Shown here one piece after another: positions 15,001-23,900 of a stretch of 64,000 bases of DNA. The DNA comes from Albugo candida (taxonomy: Eukaryota): the NCBI GenBank assembly GCA_040437565.1, contig JBDOQK010000003.1:806001-870000 (forward strand). Reading direction: 5' to 3'. The position numbers and the translations under genes were made by a program. Every line of letters begins with the position of its first letter. Position 1 is the stretch's first letter. The notes under the pieces were generated by a model, which saw only the letters and a list, made by a program, of their open reading frames with translations, was not told where the DNA came from and made no database searches.

Positions 15001-15443
15001 AATGTGATCTCGGACGCATTTTTAATTTTTCCAATATAAATGGGTGTCGAGGATTCGACCAAATGAACTAGTAAATCGAGCTTAAATGGCCGCAAATGAT
15101 GCACTATGGGCACCAGAAACGGCTCATATACAATACAAGATGCAAATGATTGCAAATAGGCATCAGCTGCTACTTGACTCAGTCCTTTGGAGCTGTGAAT
15201 GCTTTGCGCATCCCACTTGTATTTTTCTTGACATTGTTTTATCATCGGATGTTGAGTCAATCTCGACTCAGCTTGCAAAAGCCGATTTATTGCTGTTTGG
15301 AGCCATTGCAGACTCCGTAGATACTCATCAATGGAGACTAGTTTTGACATTATTAAGCTCGCAATGTCGTCTCCGCGGTCAACCAACCACTGCGATATTC
15401 GCTGGTAAAGTTTGATGGTACCGTTTTGTGAGTAACGGTGCAT
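1..15443 (-). CDS. MDN1: Midasin (Rea1/MDN1) dynein-related AAA+ ATPase, 3'-truncated at the window edge
   Basis: Minus-strand frame from ATG at 15443 is the same frame at 14777 and 620; no long minus ORF appears in the track, consistent with no stop before the window edge. AAA Walker A motifs read by eye (GPSGSGKT ~14200, GETGCGKT ~13190, GPTSAGKT ~11860, GETGSGKT ~10885, GSPGVGKS ~9580, GPPASGKS ~8545), with LDELNLA/LDEINLA Walker B motifs, and an acidic tail containing GTGMGQGEGKKDVSDQIEDEEQ near 480-540. Confidence 0.95.
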   Translation of the reverse strand, partial: MHRYSQNGTIKLYQRISQWLVDRGDDIASLIMSKLVSIDEYLRSLQWLQTAINRLLQAESRLTQHPMIKQCQEKYKWDAQSIHSSKGLSQVAADAYLQSFASCIVYEPFLVPIVHHLRPFKLDLLVHLVESSTPIYIGKIKNASEITFTRCRDLSHAKQLIIAALSNVLRLLPNELPIALQFCNSTSGFLDLLSFTQADNALENETRERQLCILQTVYRLLSMYPLDFRSTWDYSILMRFCFHSDCQLRWFAARSAAIVLNMSNQTRTHLLKSLKLDAEGLAAQAARAIAKDNCLDPNHSDLIRASIEEFERASRYEEASVTLLENGALDKIFIKQFSESDQIVPIQPHESLHNIFGVVFQDRLSLAFQHLRDEDATRTYKNIIMTQSTKKNIQSLAIAIQSRQPILLTGPSGSGKTAVIREVARLSGNRNNLLEIHLDDQTDTKTLFGSYVCTDIQGEFIWQPGAITTAARQGKWILIEDVDRAPFELLAALDPLLESGEMEIPGRGGENIKAHANFQFIATIAGHQNRKRWQFSAWAVIDMDILSQNEYIEILKASYASIPLFLMDRIMKTFRVVTCESNEDNTMHLWKMARRDYGRAFSLRDLLKWCNRICTFCYAEAIENSNASRNGYVTEEDRFHILVEAIDVFCAGIRDATTRIQAACIVGTLWDIECSRVQHYVSEQKPAVSSNEYGIKIGRVSLPTQPVRPDNIVMPTSSTRLVMTKHTLRFLEKISAAVDIGEPVLLIGETGCGKTAMIQHLAASLNQPLAVQNLNIQSESSDLIGGYKPVELALIARPLYLQFVDLFTSTFSQKSNTAYLSLVHDAWKQKDWKKFLRGLRKAVVMARKSLTNKQTAWQSNDSPIVKRQKCMVSHPKSLLSAWDTFHFDLDRFERQKEQIENHFAFQFVEGVLVQALRHGHWILLDEINLASAETLERISTLLESDQSAFSIVERGDVESIKPHPNFRIFGSMNPSTDVGKRDLPPSLRHRFTEIYVDECLSPQDLMQVVEHTLAFQATDGDNKSLSQTIVSFYLETKQLADTRLSDGANQKPRYSLRTLCRALYIANILVQRGYGIPRTLYEAFSSTFCTLLDHDSRTFIEQKIRSTFAKQLKPKELSRAPPRPGGRQSQHEYVLVQSYWIPKTSYCEPNDWSVADPLTNQKQFVLTKTVEANLCHIARAAMIGKFPVLLQGPTSAGKTSLIMYLAQRIGQKCIRINNHEHTDLQEYLGAYVSDPKTGKLVFREGGLVQAVRNGWWIILDELNLAPTDVLEALNRLLDDHRELFITETQEVIRPNDRFLLFATQNPPGLYGGRKILSKAFRNRFLEIQMEEVPSKELEEILCQRCAIPPSFCSLLIEIMKVLQYRRQQSHLFAGKSGYITTRDLLRWAERRPLTKLQLAEQGYCLLAERLRKDEEKTVIRQVLEEKCNVQLNIDALYDGQQSRDDYDQGVVNETGEIEREAIWGTAAHFQSVQEMIHSGEYSAAAGLEQISVTKSLRRLFSLVGRCLQHGEPVLLVGETGSGKTTVCQLYALLLQQPLYLFNCHQNTETSDIVGCFRPNRKKEELAIELKASLRRLVSYLQRSTIEISCMIQRELDQLETKADATVDNVITLYQRLKPELLRIADEEFQALIVSMDCLIQRYGCIFEWYDGPLVKSMKEGGILLLDEVNLAQDAVLERLNSVLEPTRTLLLSEKGDSVEEVKAHPKWRILATMNPGGDFGKRELSPALRNRFTEIWVPSAANLNEFQVFVHDRLVRFPKSLHLEPLCGPILDFIEYFNHFGRVGGRGGVSITLRDVLTWIHFIQEVTKEGSNERPNADKWVAFVQGAALAVLDGLGLGLDQPPQIISRIRDEAYKKLLEMIPQAQSSGRQQALLSLQIIQNMADSNLISALSASNEMVSNDKLFGISPFFIPRKELGQKPMMFSIRSPATYSNLFRVLRGLQVRRPILLEGSPGVGKSSLIQALAQASGHHLVRINLSEQTDISDLFGSDLPAPTNTTENDEINQDFCGVFEWSDGVFLRALKAGGWILLDELNLASQSVLEGLNACLDHRGTVYIPELDKSFACSPDFRIFGAQNPLRQGGGRKGLPKSFLNRFTRVLVECLEESDLLFISESLYPELQELIVDQKDGSKIGLLTLLVQFTMTIHKDTMITHSYGRQGAPWEFNLRDILRLCELIKEHINRLPDLDTSDSVQKCAMYYANLVYINRFRLQSDRDRARERLTMLLPQHDSTWLEAYPVALDLSPNELRVGRAVLARKGALNLHSVRSIPPVSLQTLWRPMEALIHCVNRDWPALLVGPPASGKSGSVRLLASLTGHKLHEIVLSAGFDASELLGCFEQVDLNRLVLSLHQRVVMVSEVILPGMMVHLTEERFAGQSESLRTTIADTTALWSALMRIYKEDRVEISAANAERASSSQTIKSTQQMHRIAELLSLLSPFSDRHNLKGLRAEFDHLSKMVKNSACTSNAAQFEWVDGTLLQAMKCGDWVLLENVNFCPASVLDRLNALLEPNGELVVNECGLVRGQLRIIKPHPDFRIFLSMDAQHGEISRAMRNRCVEIALIPLPYSPSIGKECARIMDCKHIVAACGIVSRELVERMVAVHSEILGIQHSSKTRQSFKISSLGVNLSDINDRNLANWAQLLQNERARMVSMRFALHRSFERAYGRDLLQIPQIASILASILAEASETDESEDGIKLVRMPFEALTAPTASTSTVFAVGQDCEQWVLERHFWQLNLLLSSKASVHSSYEGEIIWPDCLAGSESSTSTQVLLQAQKHLYPARVFDRLSDRLALSPFSILRIISSLQCNLYKQKPSMLSNQLTFLYHKFLQYKWKTSVDIAWYKLFGRFLRECLSSKSIYTQLLSKFEALSYQPKQEMLDLLLRFEWYRFCQVEQYNAVDVAIRAVLDASLSHGQKHEGDQPSSKRVKVATPEPSWTLLQQIYLLHHPQAREVASNGGNNVRYRSLQGLIMRLRENPDEFRLFSTLYTLLRGMEQSIVSLALDLPHIEQLEELLWKKSVFILILDSIPANCKAKVFDWTRFLIFWSWLYKTWRPVLLECLSLRSLLDQFEDVQSRLDTLLGSKSRKMTLWKYGGHALLPANAEEWLAWKTLEYIATAYFSLEHRLESLQCGQNAEPNTLTIWTLIYDLDTAAHQQTPQVQKSLVRVHPILFTEQSDREELMHAFCECNYLRNGENGLLKQNKVLEYPALLLEKLTRQRDFVTKWLHDRVFYLNERRGFSGDAYGDTDEDVEAVSLVSLKADQDPSVSSVPLGRPILLFDHTESDPIATRMKQAIVNVQLSALYESRALRLELLVIVSVLGIVNAFDLEDSYLTFVKERIDSMLQTLRECVKALLRLQTRSPASIFIYQDLIWQGKALQVSCSQELVRQYVTRLRQYLTTIVADTHRFLRISSSQNPEILSLLVHSSGNGKRSGNSFTSTLTSLQYKKMRGFPQMFRNGDGAELLRQLECCVKTSTSSSSSGCALIESYYQVSRMKGLRDYLFDLQTSDTQHLTFQYGKELLIYTLLAFFKAIPSDKMELYRQIRSQINLFREAHSTFQPQTLTDLLLRWNDSCLNTHVRSLIVPLLSECNQANASELSIGSIFAHLGLLRVKLLSPSVPVDPLAKAVLKKKALLERLAVHTFQHAADQVAIDSGLVDHHLLCPKSALAVTHKAAEKLKLVAIERFEVKDSSACSVPSTQFTELFWDIQQLQKTILSSERIRAILTAASKLLKVPNTSPLSLSECQQLLDEVDGIDKTVESVLRQWRHKYGPSFYDILDPILGAIHLIKEGIALTASSLLDKKQNEHYLGTTKHQLVQSLSQTNIPIIPRDYEKPRSYMLKIMSLEQSRLDDLFGEEDVDLMLMEHSLYWLLRSYKCGQKTCLKDVRAVFDAFLKLWQLKKDEIEAKEKEENAFMKYKLRTTEILSDEAMKEAEFRKEYPDYISQDFGINDDTACNEDVASGTASSCIMDLATIEIFSFYHEQLYGETRQSVSYLDRDTVMRAFTMMHKVRHVVGNMPRDKSLDTQIAHLTYLTTILSQAELNHNSNVKAFQRDSNVNEMMRIASPLLRLLTKLQTLLRQWPEHAILQQLVTTAIQILHFDIDSPLGRTSSAVQLLLRKAQEWEAYAASQVSIKEELQPLTQIVARWRQIELHSWPQLLELREQKFRSAAKQTWPHLYSILTGNNELQAECDVDVQTYRSVDVLPWCVWVLASSSAEETTDEWLCNLFDALDAYLRTSSLGQFQQRLTLLDSFYNQLDVEISSISIDQRKQSNWLHAWKVKNILYHLRRYYSQHWPFIKHEWDSMKARIQKKLVEFCKLCRWDEQTYYSLQESADKSHRKLSKLCREYEDDILARPMQAFLDRAMDGQVSQADGFTAIDVTWKELHDAHDLEFLSEADVPIIHLSPVTIPSDRMTNISNSYVSQCQYLSQLPKLTRKVIKYTQRDIMDAEHVLQRQNVHFVCEMVCASIFERLRKFKEAASAVANKATGDAEEHRSYRLPKGAKKKALLDLLGELKAHGFRHLMAQLPSQLQCMLHLFTLEAPKIKHLELDLSESKSISTLASKLAKGEGIYKALKWSWDRAELYYYRLVEQVTALRFRVSKAYSSDLSLHEVIQLRGYSENMLHICLQQRQVLLQTTRRHVKLVEFLDRFRELKTWCDIHLEKEGEDLCMVTKWFARQKETILHIQQPLRELEATINVAMETSEYVCETKDSIKSILQEGFALVKRLEANVSAQFSPSRDILIENAKGIDSLLSCLCKLRETTTRARIIPSFGYGELIPYVEEMSEQESIWLGKSASKAIMTKDDASDDTVQRFVRASDSILETILLAVQALKESESVTQPEGIIPQMHRLERDISQARIGEILEHLNTLESMLMSMYNKVTQNDSSNHLRNTLKSSLSTLQALLPSIVQVQLISRQYLVNYILTHKAVVKFNYIIIRVFRNLLEHGFCRGQEEDGEDENEQDGETQAGKEFDGTGMGQGEGKKDVSDQIEDEEQLLGLRDDPVTNETESAEKQPPDDTGLEMENDFEGSMQDAPDQDNEEEDEQDDGEELDREMGDVDQEDENLVDNKLWGEDSDDDNEDVDPEKEKFDENARSDGAQAMEDEIRGKNEDQENNGTEAKDEACEAQNQEAESKNEETEPVDELTEDDAVN

Positions 15444-15524
15444 TTCCTTGGCAAACCTTAATGACTCGCTAATTCACGCTAAACTAGGACAATCGTGCCT
15501 TTGATTGGATAGCATCGAATCGAA
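15444..15524. promoter_or_regulatory. Candidate bidirectional promoter shared by MDN1 and PWP1
   Basis: Only ~81 bp separate the divergent start codons of two ribosome-biogenesis genes. Confidence 0.55.
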
Positions 15525-17258
15525 ATGATCTCGGCGTTGACATGGGTTCCGAAAGGAGCGTCGAGACAAATGCCGGAAAAGCACAAAATGACAGATGAAG
15601 AACTCACTATGATGCAGGAGATGGTGATGGAAAACGAAGAACAGGAGGCTGATAACAAGGTCTTAAAAGATATACCTGAAGATGAAATTTCAGATCTGCC
15701 GGCATCTTTTCATATGGAGACGTACGATGAGGAAGAGAATGATATTGCAATCAAAAGTTGTATTGGATCCTCTCTCGAGGAGGATAAACAACTATCAGAC
15801 GAAGAAATTACCGATCAGGATATGCAGGATGACGAGGAAATTGATGTGAGTCGACTGAAGCTTGACGAAGAAGATGAGAAAGACTTGGAACTTGACCGTG
15901 AAGATCTTGAGATTCGACCTAATGATATCGTCATCTTAGTTGCCAACACAGAAGACGACTTTAGCAATTTGGAAGTTCAAATTTATGATGAGGAAAATGG
16001 GTCGCTTTATGTTCATCATGAGATCAATCTTCCAGATTTCCCGTTGTGCTTGTCGTGGATGGATTTTAATCCGGTGCCAGCAGATCCAACCAAGGGATTG
16101 GAAAGCGGTAGTTTTGTTGCAGTTGGAACTTTTAAACCCGGAATTGAGATTTGGAATTTGGATATATTGGACGTACTAGAGCCCTCAGCAATTCTTGGAG
16201 GTGAAGAAGAAAGTATGCGTAAAAATGTTATGCCAAAGGCAAGCAGTAAGAAAGATCGGCAGATACGACTACGACATGGTAGCCATACAGATGCAGTCAT
16301 GTCTTTGGACTGGAATCATACTCACCGAAATATGCTAGTTAGTGGATCTGCTGACCATACTGTCAAAGTCTGGGACATTATGACACAGAAATGTCTGCAC
16401 ACTATGCAGCATCACACTAACAAAGTTCAGTGCGTGAGATGGAATCCATCCGAAACAACCGTCCTTGCAACGGCTTCCTTTGACCATCGCCTGCTAGTTC
16501 TTGATGGGCGTCATCCAGATGCATTCTCATCTTTTCCGCTAAGCGCGGATGTGGAATCTATAGCTTGGGCTCCGTATCAGCCAAACAAACTGGTCGCAGC
16601 TACAGAAGATGGTGTTGTGGTTTGTTACGATGTTCGAATGAATGCATCTGAGCCGCTGACTCGCTTTCAAGCGCATGCTGGAACAGTGTCGGCAGTGTCA
16701 TTTGCCGCTCAGATACCAGGAATGTTTTCAACTGCAGGAATTGATAAAACCGTGAAAANNNNNNNNNNNNNNNNNNNNNNNNNNNNNNNNNNNNNNNNNN
16801 NNNNNNNNNNNNNNNNNNNNNNNNNNNNNNNNNNNNNNNNNNNNNNNNNNNNNNNNNNGTGAAAATTTGGGATCTGCTACATTTTGATAAAGAACCAAAA
16901 TGCATTGCAACAAAAGAAATGAATGTGGTACGTGACTGTGTTTCACAATTGTTATTGATTGCCAAATTTTATTGTGTCGCTGCTGCAGGGCGGTCTATAT
17001 GCAATGTCCTTCTGTATCGATACTCCGTTTTTGCTAGGATGTGGTGGAGCAAGTGGTACTTTGGCATTATGGGAAAGTTCTGAGAAATGTGTTATCGAAG
17101 AGCATTTTCAATCACGTGTTCAGAAAAATCAGCAAGCAAGTGTACTTGCAGCTGCTGAAGTAGGTGAAATTGCAGCAACATTACACGCTGTGGATACGCA
17201 AGCTTCCACAAAGCAGAAAAAGAAAAAGCCCAAGAAGAAGCGATCTTCACAAGAATAA
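15525..17258 (+). CDS. PWP1: Periodic tryptophan protein 1 (WD40, ribosome biogenesis); spans a gap, one small intron near 16927-16988
   Basis: MISALTWVPKG start, acidic N-terminus, YVHHEI..FPLCLSW, VAVGTFKPGIEIWNLD, WD40 repeats and a basic C-terminal tail. Confidence 0.92.
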
Positions 17259-17371
17259 ACTGTTGCAATCATATAAACTATAGAAGGCTACTGTAACGAA
17301 TCTTGATCTATCCTACTTTCATGTACCACACAATAGTAAACATCTTCTACGACCACTCCCAGTTTCTTTTG

Positions 17372-20300
17372 ATGGATCATCACTCACGATTCCCAACTTC
17401 TTCCGCGCCTTCGACGGCGTCTTTCGAGGACTACAGTGCCATCGACACGTCTTTTTTACAAACGCAACCTTCTCAAACGCTTCAATTTGACGAACCGTAC
17501 GCTACCCCATCTCGGTCGTATGAATTTATTGAATCTGTTGCCGATTCTTCGCTTCCCAACCAGATGAAAAGTCTCAAATTTGAAGAAGCAGTTGAAGAAG
17601 AGGATGAAAATGATGGTCAGAACCATTATGATGCAGTACTTCCAAAAGAACTCCCTGCCCACGCGTGTGCGTACTGCGGTCTTCATGATCCTGCGTCGGT
17701 TGTCAAGTGTGTTGCGACCGACAAATGGTTTTGTAATTCCCGTGGAAATACTTCTGGCTCGCACATAATCCAACATTTGGTGCGGTCGAAGAATAAAGAA
17801 GTCGCTTTACATCCGGATTCTCCGTTAGGTGAAACAGTTCTGGAATGTTACAATTGCGGATGTCGTAATGTATTTCTGCTTGGTTTTATTCCCGCCAAAC
17901 AAGATTCCGTTGTGGTACTACTGTGTCGAGATCCGTGTTTGCAGATGAACGCGTTGAAAGATATGAGCTGGGATATGTCACAATGGCTCCCACTTATTGA
18001 AGATCGTAGTTTTCTGTCGTGGCTGGTCAAAATTCCGTCGGAATATGAGCAATTGAGAGCAAGGCAGATAAGTGCAAATCAGATTGCAAAATTGGAAGAA
18101 TTGTGGCGGGAAAACCCTCTGGCTACATTGGAAGATGTGGATCGTCCAGGTGTGGATGACGAGGTTGCGCCCGTTCTTGAACGATACGACGATGGATATC
18201 ACTATCAGAATATCTTTGCGCCGCTTGTCAAAATGGAATCGGACTATGACCGAAAAATGAAAGAAGCGCAGACGCAAGATAACGTACACGTTCGTTGGGA
18301 TCTTGGACTGAACAAAAAGAGGAATGCGATTTTCAGCTGTAATCGACCAGATTCTGAAATCAGACTGGTTCCAGGTGACGAAATTCGTTTGCGTCTGGGA
18401 CCTAGCTCGATTCTGCTGTATGGTGGAGAATGGGAGGGTTCAGGGCATGTGCTTCGCATTGAAGAGTCAGAAGTGACAATGGAGATGCGAAACAATGTTG
18501 TCCCAGTCGAGATAACAGATGGATTTCTAGTTGATTTCGTGTGGAAAGCGACCTCATTTGATCGCATGCAAGCAGCTATGAAGACATTTGCGGTTGACGA
18601 TACTTCACTGACTGGCTACCTGTATCACAAGATATTGGGACACGATGTCGATGTACAAGCTCTTCGAGTTCCCCGATCAATTGACACAAAGCTATTGGCT
18701 CCGGGTCTTCCGGAATTGAATCCGCCACAAATGGAAGCCGTCAGAGGGGTCTTATCACAGCCATTGAGCTTGATACAGGGACCTCCGGGTACTGGAAAAA
18801 CAGTGACTTCTGCATCAATCGTTTATCACATGTCACGGCAAAATATGGGTCAAGTCCTTGTTACTGCTCCTAGTAACATTGCGGTTGATCATCTAACCGC
18901 CAAGATTAGTGCGATCGGTCTGAAGGTTGTCCGATTGGCAGCCAAAAGCCGCGAGGCAGTGTCTTGCTCGGTCGAACATCTGTCCCTTCACACAATGGTC
19001 AAATTGCTTACATCGCCTGACAAAGCCGAGCTTCGTAAGTTGATGCAACTTAAGACCGATCAAGGCGAACTGTCTTCACAAGACGAGAAAAAGTTCAAGT
19101 CTCTCAAGCGTCAAGCAGAGCGGGAAATTCTGCAGGCTGCAGATGTAATATGCACCACTTGTGTGGGTGCTGGCGATCCACGCTTGTCAAACTTTAGATT
19201 TCGCCAAGTTTTGATCGATGAAGCTACCCAAGCCACGGAACCCGAATGTTTGATTCCTATCGTGCAAGGTGCAAAGCACGTCGTTATGGTAGGTGATCAT
19301 TGTCAACTTGGTCCCGTGGTCATGAATAAACGAGCGGCCAGCGCCGGCCTAAATCAATCGCTTTTCGATCGTCTGTTGAAATTGGATCATCGTCCTTTCC
19401 GACTCCGCGTACAGTATCGTATGCATCCCTGCTTGTCTGAATTCCCTTCAAACACATTTTACGAAGGAGAGCTACAAAATGGAGTCTCTTCGACTGAGCG
19501 GCAGTTGAAAAATCTGGATTTTCCATGGCCAAATCCCAACAAGCCAACGTTCTTCTATATCTGTTTGGGAGCGGAAGAAATCAGCTCGTCTGGAACAAGT
19601 TATCTCAATCGCACTGAAGCAAGCAATGTGGAAAAAATCGTGACTGCATTCCTAAAATGCGGAGTCCTACCGGCTCAAATTGGTGTCATCACTCCGTATG
19701 AAGGACAGCGGGCGTACGTTGTTAATTACATGCAACGTAATGGTTCCATGCGCGCTCAACTATACAAAGATGTCGAAGTCGCAAGTGTGGACTCGTTTCA
19801 AGGGCGTGAGAAGGATTTGATCATTCTGTCTTGTGTACGCTCTAATGAGAACCAAGGTATCGGTTTTTTGAGCGATCGAAGACGGCTGAATGTCGCGCTG
19901 ACTCGGGCGAAATATGGAGTTATCATTCTGGGCAATCCGCGCGTATTGGCAAAGCAAGAGCTGTGGAATCGATTACTGAATCACTACCGTGATCATCAAC
20001 TGGTTGTTGAAGGTCCGTTATCCAATCTTCAGCCCTCTTTCATGCAATTTCCCAAACCAAAGCAGAGTCGCTCAGGCAATGATGGAAATCGATACTCTCG
20101 TCCCCGAAATGGTCCATTACCTCCTCTGGACTCACGGTTTGATCCACGATACGATCACATGTCCATCCCGTCTAATGGAATGGGTGTGATGGGTGAACTT
20201 GGTCCTGAGTATGGAATGCCGCCGCCAGGTCCCATGGGATATGCACAGCATCACCCATCAAACTCGCACTCTCTTAATCATCAGCTACCTCACCAGCGTG

Positions 20301-20551
20301 TTCCTCGCGGGAATATGAATGCCAACAGTGGCGGATTTGGTCCTTTGACCCAAGATAACACTTCTCTGCACCCTCTTGGCACAGGGTTGGATGGACCCTT
20401 CACTCAAGCCGCTCAAACGCAACCGTTCAGTCAGTTGTCAGTGGGCGATAAATTTGGACTATCACAAGAAACGTTGTCGTACGATCAGAGTTTCCAAACG
20501 CAAAATATGGCAATGTCTCAAGATTTGCGCCACAGCCACGACTTTTATTAA
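17372..20551 (+). CDS. UPF1: Regulator of nonsense transcripts 1 (UPF1 RNA helicase), single exon
   Basis: CH zinc domain ([29 protein letters not shown]), [39 protein letters not shown]. First ATG is at 17372. Confidence 0.98.
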   Translation: MDHHSRFPTSSAPSTASFEDYSAIDTSFLQTQPSQTLQFDEPYATPSRSYEFIESVADSSLPNQMKSLKFEEAVEEEDENDGQNHYDAVLPKELPAHACAYCGLHDPASVVKCVATDKWFCNSRGNTSGSHIIQHLVRSKNKEVALHPDSPLGETVLECYNCGCRNVFLLGFIPAKQDSVVVLLCRDPCLQMNALKDMSWDMSQWLPLIEDRSFLSWLVKIPSEYEQLRARQISANQIAKLEELWRENPLATLEDVDRPGVDDEVAPVLERYDDGYHYQNIFAPLVKMESDYDRKMKEAQTQDNVHVRWDLGLNKKRNAIFSCNRPDSEIRLVPGDEIRLRLGPSSILLYGGEWEGSGHVLRIEESEVTMEMRNNVVPVEITDGFLVDFVWKATSFDRMQAAMKTFAVDDTSLTGYLYHKILGHDVDVQALRVPRSIDTKLLAPGLPELNPPQMEAVRGVLSQPLSLIQGPPGTGKTVTSASIVYHMSRQNMGQVLVTAPSNIAVDHLTAKISAIGLKVVRLAAKSREAVSCSVEHLSLHTMVKLLTSPDKAELRKLMQLKTDQGELSSQDEKKFKSLKRQAEREILQAADVICTTCVGAGDPRLSNFRFRQVLIDEATQATEPECLIPIVQGAKHVVMVGDHCQLGPVVMNKRAASAGLNQSLFDRLLKLDHRPFRLRVQYRMHPCLSEFPSNTFYEGELQNGVSSTERQLKNLDFPWPNPNKPTFFYICLGAEEISSSGTSYLNRTEASNVEKIVTAFLKCGVLPAQIGVITPYEGQRAYVVNYMQRNGSMRAQLYKDVEVASVDSFQGREKDLIILSCVRSNENQGIGFLSDRRRLNVALTRAKYGVIILGNPRVLAKQELWNRLLNHYRDHQLVVEGPLSNLQPSFMQFPKPKQSRSGNDGNRYSRPRNGPLPPLDSRFDPRYDHMSIPSNGMGVMGELGPEYGMPPPGPMGYAQHHPSNSHSLNHQLPHQRVPRGNMNANSGGFGPLTQDNTSLHPLGTGLDGPFTQAAQTQPFSQLSVGDKFGLSQETLSYDQSFQTQNMAMSQDLRHSHDFY

Positions 20552-20988
20552 AGCTGTCATTTTGCATCATTCCGAATTCAAGCGATATCATCACCACTTG
20601 ACGCCATGGTAGGCTGATACTATGGAATCGACTCTGTCTAAGTACTTGAGCTAGCCGAGCATCAAGCTCGCTTTGAGTAGAGGTGCTCGAAAGGGATATG
20701 ATTGCAGATAGGGCCATCAGTGTTTACAGGAAAAGCAAGTAACATGCTTTCTTTGGAATTCTAGGCATATAACTGTGCTGACTTGACTGCTTCGTTTCGT
20801 CCGCGGTTTGCGCTACCGGATCCGACCTTTTGAATGGGTGCCATTTTTTGTACCGGCGGAATCGTATGAGCTGATATTGGGACTTTCGTAATATGCTTAG
20901 TTTCCCAACGAAGAACCGCTTGATGTTGACTTCTGCGTCGAACTGATTGTCATTGCTTGTTTGGCGCATACGCACTGCTTGATACAGC

Positions 20989-23900
20989 TCAAAATGCCAT
21001 TCTAAAGGTAGTCGGTGGAATGATATTGGCCACTTGACACCTCTCCGACTTTGAATAACGCTTTTTGATCACGGTGAGATTATTGGATGGTGACGAAGAA
21101 TACAACACTTTCAATTCAGCCATACATTCCCGTAAATCTGACCACTTGTACATTGTGGCATCAGCCAGTTCTTTCGTCTGTTTGGAAAATACGTTAGATT
21201 TAGTAACTTTTCGAATGACAAATAAATACCATTGGGAATCCTTCAATTGTGTACAAAGCCAGCGATAAGCAGCAAGTTGCGACCACAGAAGGATAATACT
21301 TGAGCATTTGATATTCCTGCAATGCTAATTCCAACAAATAGTGCGCCAACATTGACGTTTTCATACTCACCGGAGGGATCATTCGCTCGTAAACATTGAG
21401 GAAGTCCAGTGCTACAGAGAATAGCTTAGTAAACGAGAAGGAATCGAAGCTGGGCAAACTGTACCAGTTGGTACTGCCAGCGTGAAATTGAGTGCGTTTA
21501 ACAATTTCTCCTCCATCTTCAACACCTCGGTGGATGTGTACACATTATCTGCACACATGGCCAAATCCTCGACTCCAATATATGACACATCTTCACATTT
21601 TGATGCTACGTGAAGACATGTAGCGCCTAAGAGCTGGAATCGGGTCTTCTTGACCATGACGATATTGAGAAAGCGATCAGTATAATTGACGGCCAGAAAG
21701 GCTGTGCGTAGACACATCTCAAAGACATCAACGACTGAAGGTATAGAACTTAGCAACGATATACCATCCACGAAACTATCACTCGTACCTTCGATCAGCC
21801 AGTCCACCAGCATTGATCGATGTGTCGGTCTTAAAGTTTTCTGACGACTGCACATCCCAACGAGTTAGTCAATATCAAGTTTTATACGGAGCAGAGCTTA
21901 AATCACCTGAGATAGTCAAACCGTCGCCAAATGTCCGTTTCTGTTTGCCTTAGATACGCATGGAATAAGATGACATGCTCTGGAGGTATTCCGGGTTTTC
22001 CATCGGTCAAGCAGTACTGTATATCTCTTAGCGATATGGAAGGGATCAAAGACTGCGGAAACGCGTCATGCTGGGCAAAGTACGGATGCCGAAGAGCGTC
22101 CTCCGCAGTTATACGCTGCTCGGGGTTGTATATAAGCATCTTAGACAAAAGGTCGAGACCAAGATCAGATACTCCAGAAAATAATCGTCTTAACGGTCTT
22201 CGTTTCCAGTTGGGAAATGTGAAGTGATAATTTGGCAAAGACGTGAATCCAGGCCAGGTGCCAGAGTTTGGAGTCGACAACTTACTAAATATCTGGAAAA
22301 GCTGATCAATCTCTGATATCCCCGTGAAAAATGGTTTGCCCAGAATCATCTCAGCGAATATGCAGCCAACAGACCAGATGTCCACAGCTGATGAGTATCC
22401 TCTAACACCCATCAATATCTCTGGCGGCCTGTACCAAAGCGTCACAACCTCCATTGTGTACTCTCGTTTGGGTATGCCTGTAGCACGAACAAGAGCAAAA
22501 TCTGATACTTGCAGCACGGCATCGTCTATAAATTCACATTAGAGCTGCATAGATACATTCTGTTTTAGTTGTTATACCTAGCGAGATCGGATCTGTTGTG
22601 TCTATCAAAAGATGCTTTGGCTTGAGATTTCGATGCAGTACTCCCCTTCTGTGACAATAAGCTATTGCGTCCAGTATCTGATGCAAAAGTCGACGAATCT
22701 ACGGTGATACATCATAAGAATAGGGCATGACTTTTGCATGTGACTGTAATGGATCGTACCACTTTCTCGGAGAGCACACGACCACCATTTGGATCTCCAG
22801 TCGGATTGATAATACCATGCAACGTTCGATCCACGTACGGGAAGAACACATAAAGTTCATCCTTTGCAAGACTGATCATCTCAATAGATGCGATATTACT
22901 ATGCTGAAAGCCCCGGAGAACAGCCAATTCTCGTAGCATATAATAAGGTACGCCTTCTCCCTAATACATCATACTTGCTGAGTAAAGACGAGCATTAGAA
23001 GTTTGTGATTAAGTACCTTTGGAAATACGCGAGCTTTCTTCATCGCTAATATTTTGCCTGTCGAACGCTGATAGCATTTGAAACAAGTTCCTTCCGTTCC
23101 TTTGTTTTTCATCCCGAGATTCTGAAAGTTTAGCCAATTCACACTTCCGTCACTATTCAGACTAGGAAGATCTCGACACAGCGATTGACTGCTCGTGATG
23201 GTTCGCCACTTTCTTGAAACCTGACCCAGAATGGGAAGATTCTCTGCGGACACCAGAAATGAAAAGACATGAAGGATCATATCGGACGGCTGCATGTCGA
23301 TATGTTCCTTGTTCTTCAAAACTCCTCCAGCGGGGAATTGCTGCAGGCTTGACTCTGAGAATGCCTCACTATCGTCTTCGTCATGTGCTGCTGGTGAAGC
23401 GATTAAAATCTCACGTCGAACCAATTTATTGGCACGATGCTCCACAGCTCGGTCAGATGGATCAATGGAGAATCCTTCTTCACCAGGTTCTTGATTGTGC
23501 ACGTGTTCACGCGCGTACGCCACATAGGAGGTCTCCGAGCTGTCCTCTTTACTTCTTGTAAGCTTCCTTTTACCCAAAGCTACAACAAAATCGTCAGGAA
23601 TCTATGAATGACTTGGCCAAGTACCCACCGGCAGTAGAGCCATTTGAGCTGCCATATCTCCTTTCCTGGCCTTGTATGTCGCTAATGCTTCTCGAACGTG
23701 GAGTTCCTCCTAGCTCCACCAATAAAGTGTCGGTCGAATTAGGCACAAATGTTGATGCTTCCCAGTTCGCTTGTCCATGATCGAGTGCCCTAATACCATT
23801 GGGATTCGAAGACTTGGCCTGTCGCCTTTTTTTGTACGGAGTTGTTTCGACGACGTTTAACAGATCTCGAACGCTGTTTCCTCTCTGTGGCTCGGACGCG

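Noticed and set aside
23-15415. Dozens of short ORFs on both strands, including hydrophobic 69..470
   Set aside because: Shadows or alternative frames of midasin; the hydrophobic ORF is the antisense of the Asp/Glu-rich tail.
17353-17368. Oomycete initiator/FPR-like motif CCACTCCCAGTTT upstream of UPF1
   Set aside because: Only a partial match to a short degenerate consensus; unsupportable without TSS data.
20552-20988. Possible small minus-strand gene (ORFs 20724..20975 and 20427..20717) between UPF1 and the cyclin fusion
   Set aside because: No recognisable motif or convincing splice path; may simply be convergent 3' UTRs.
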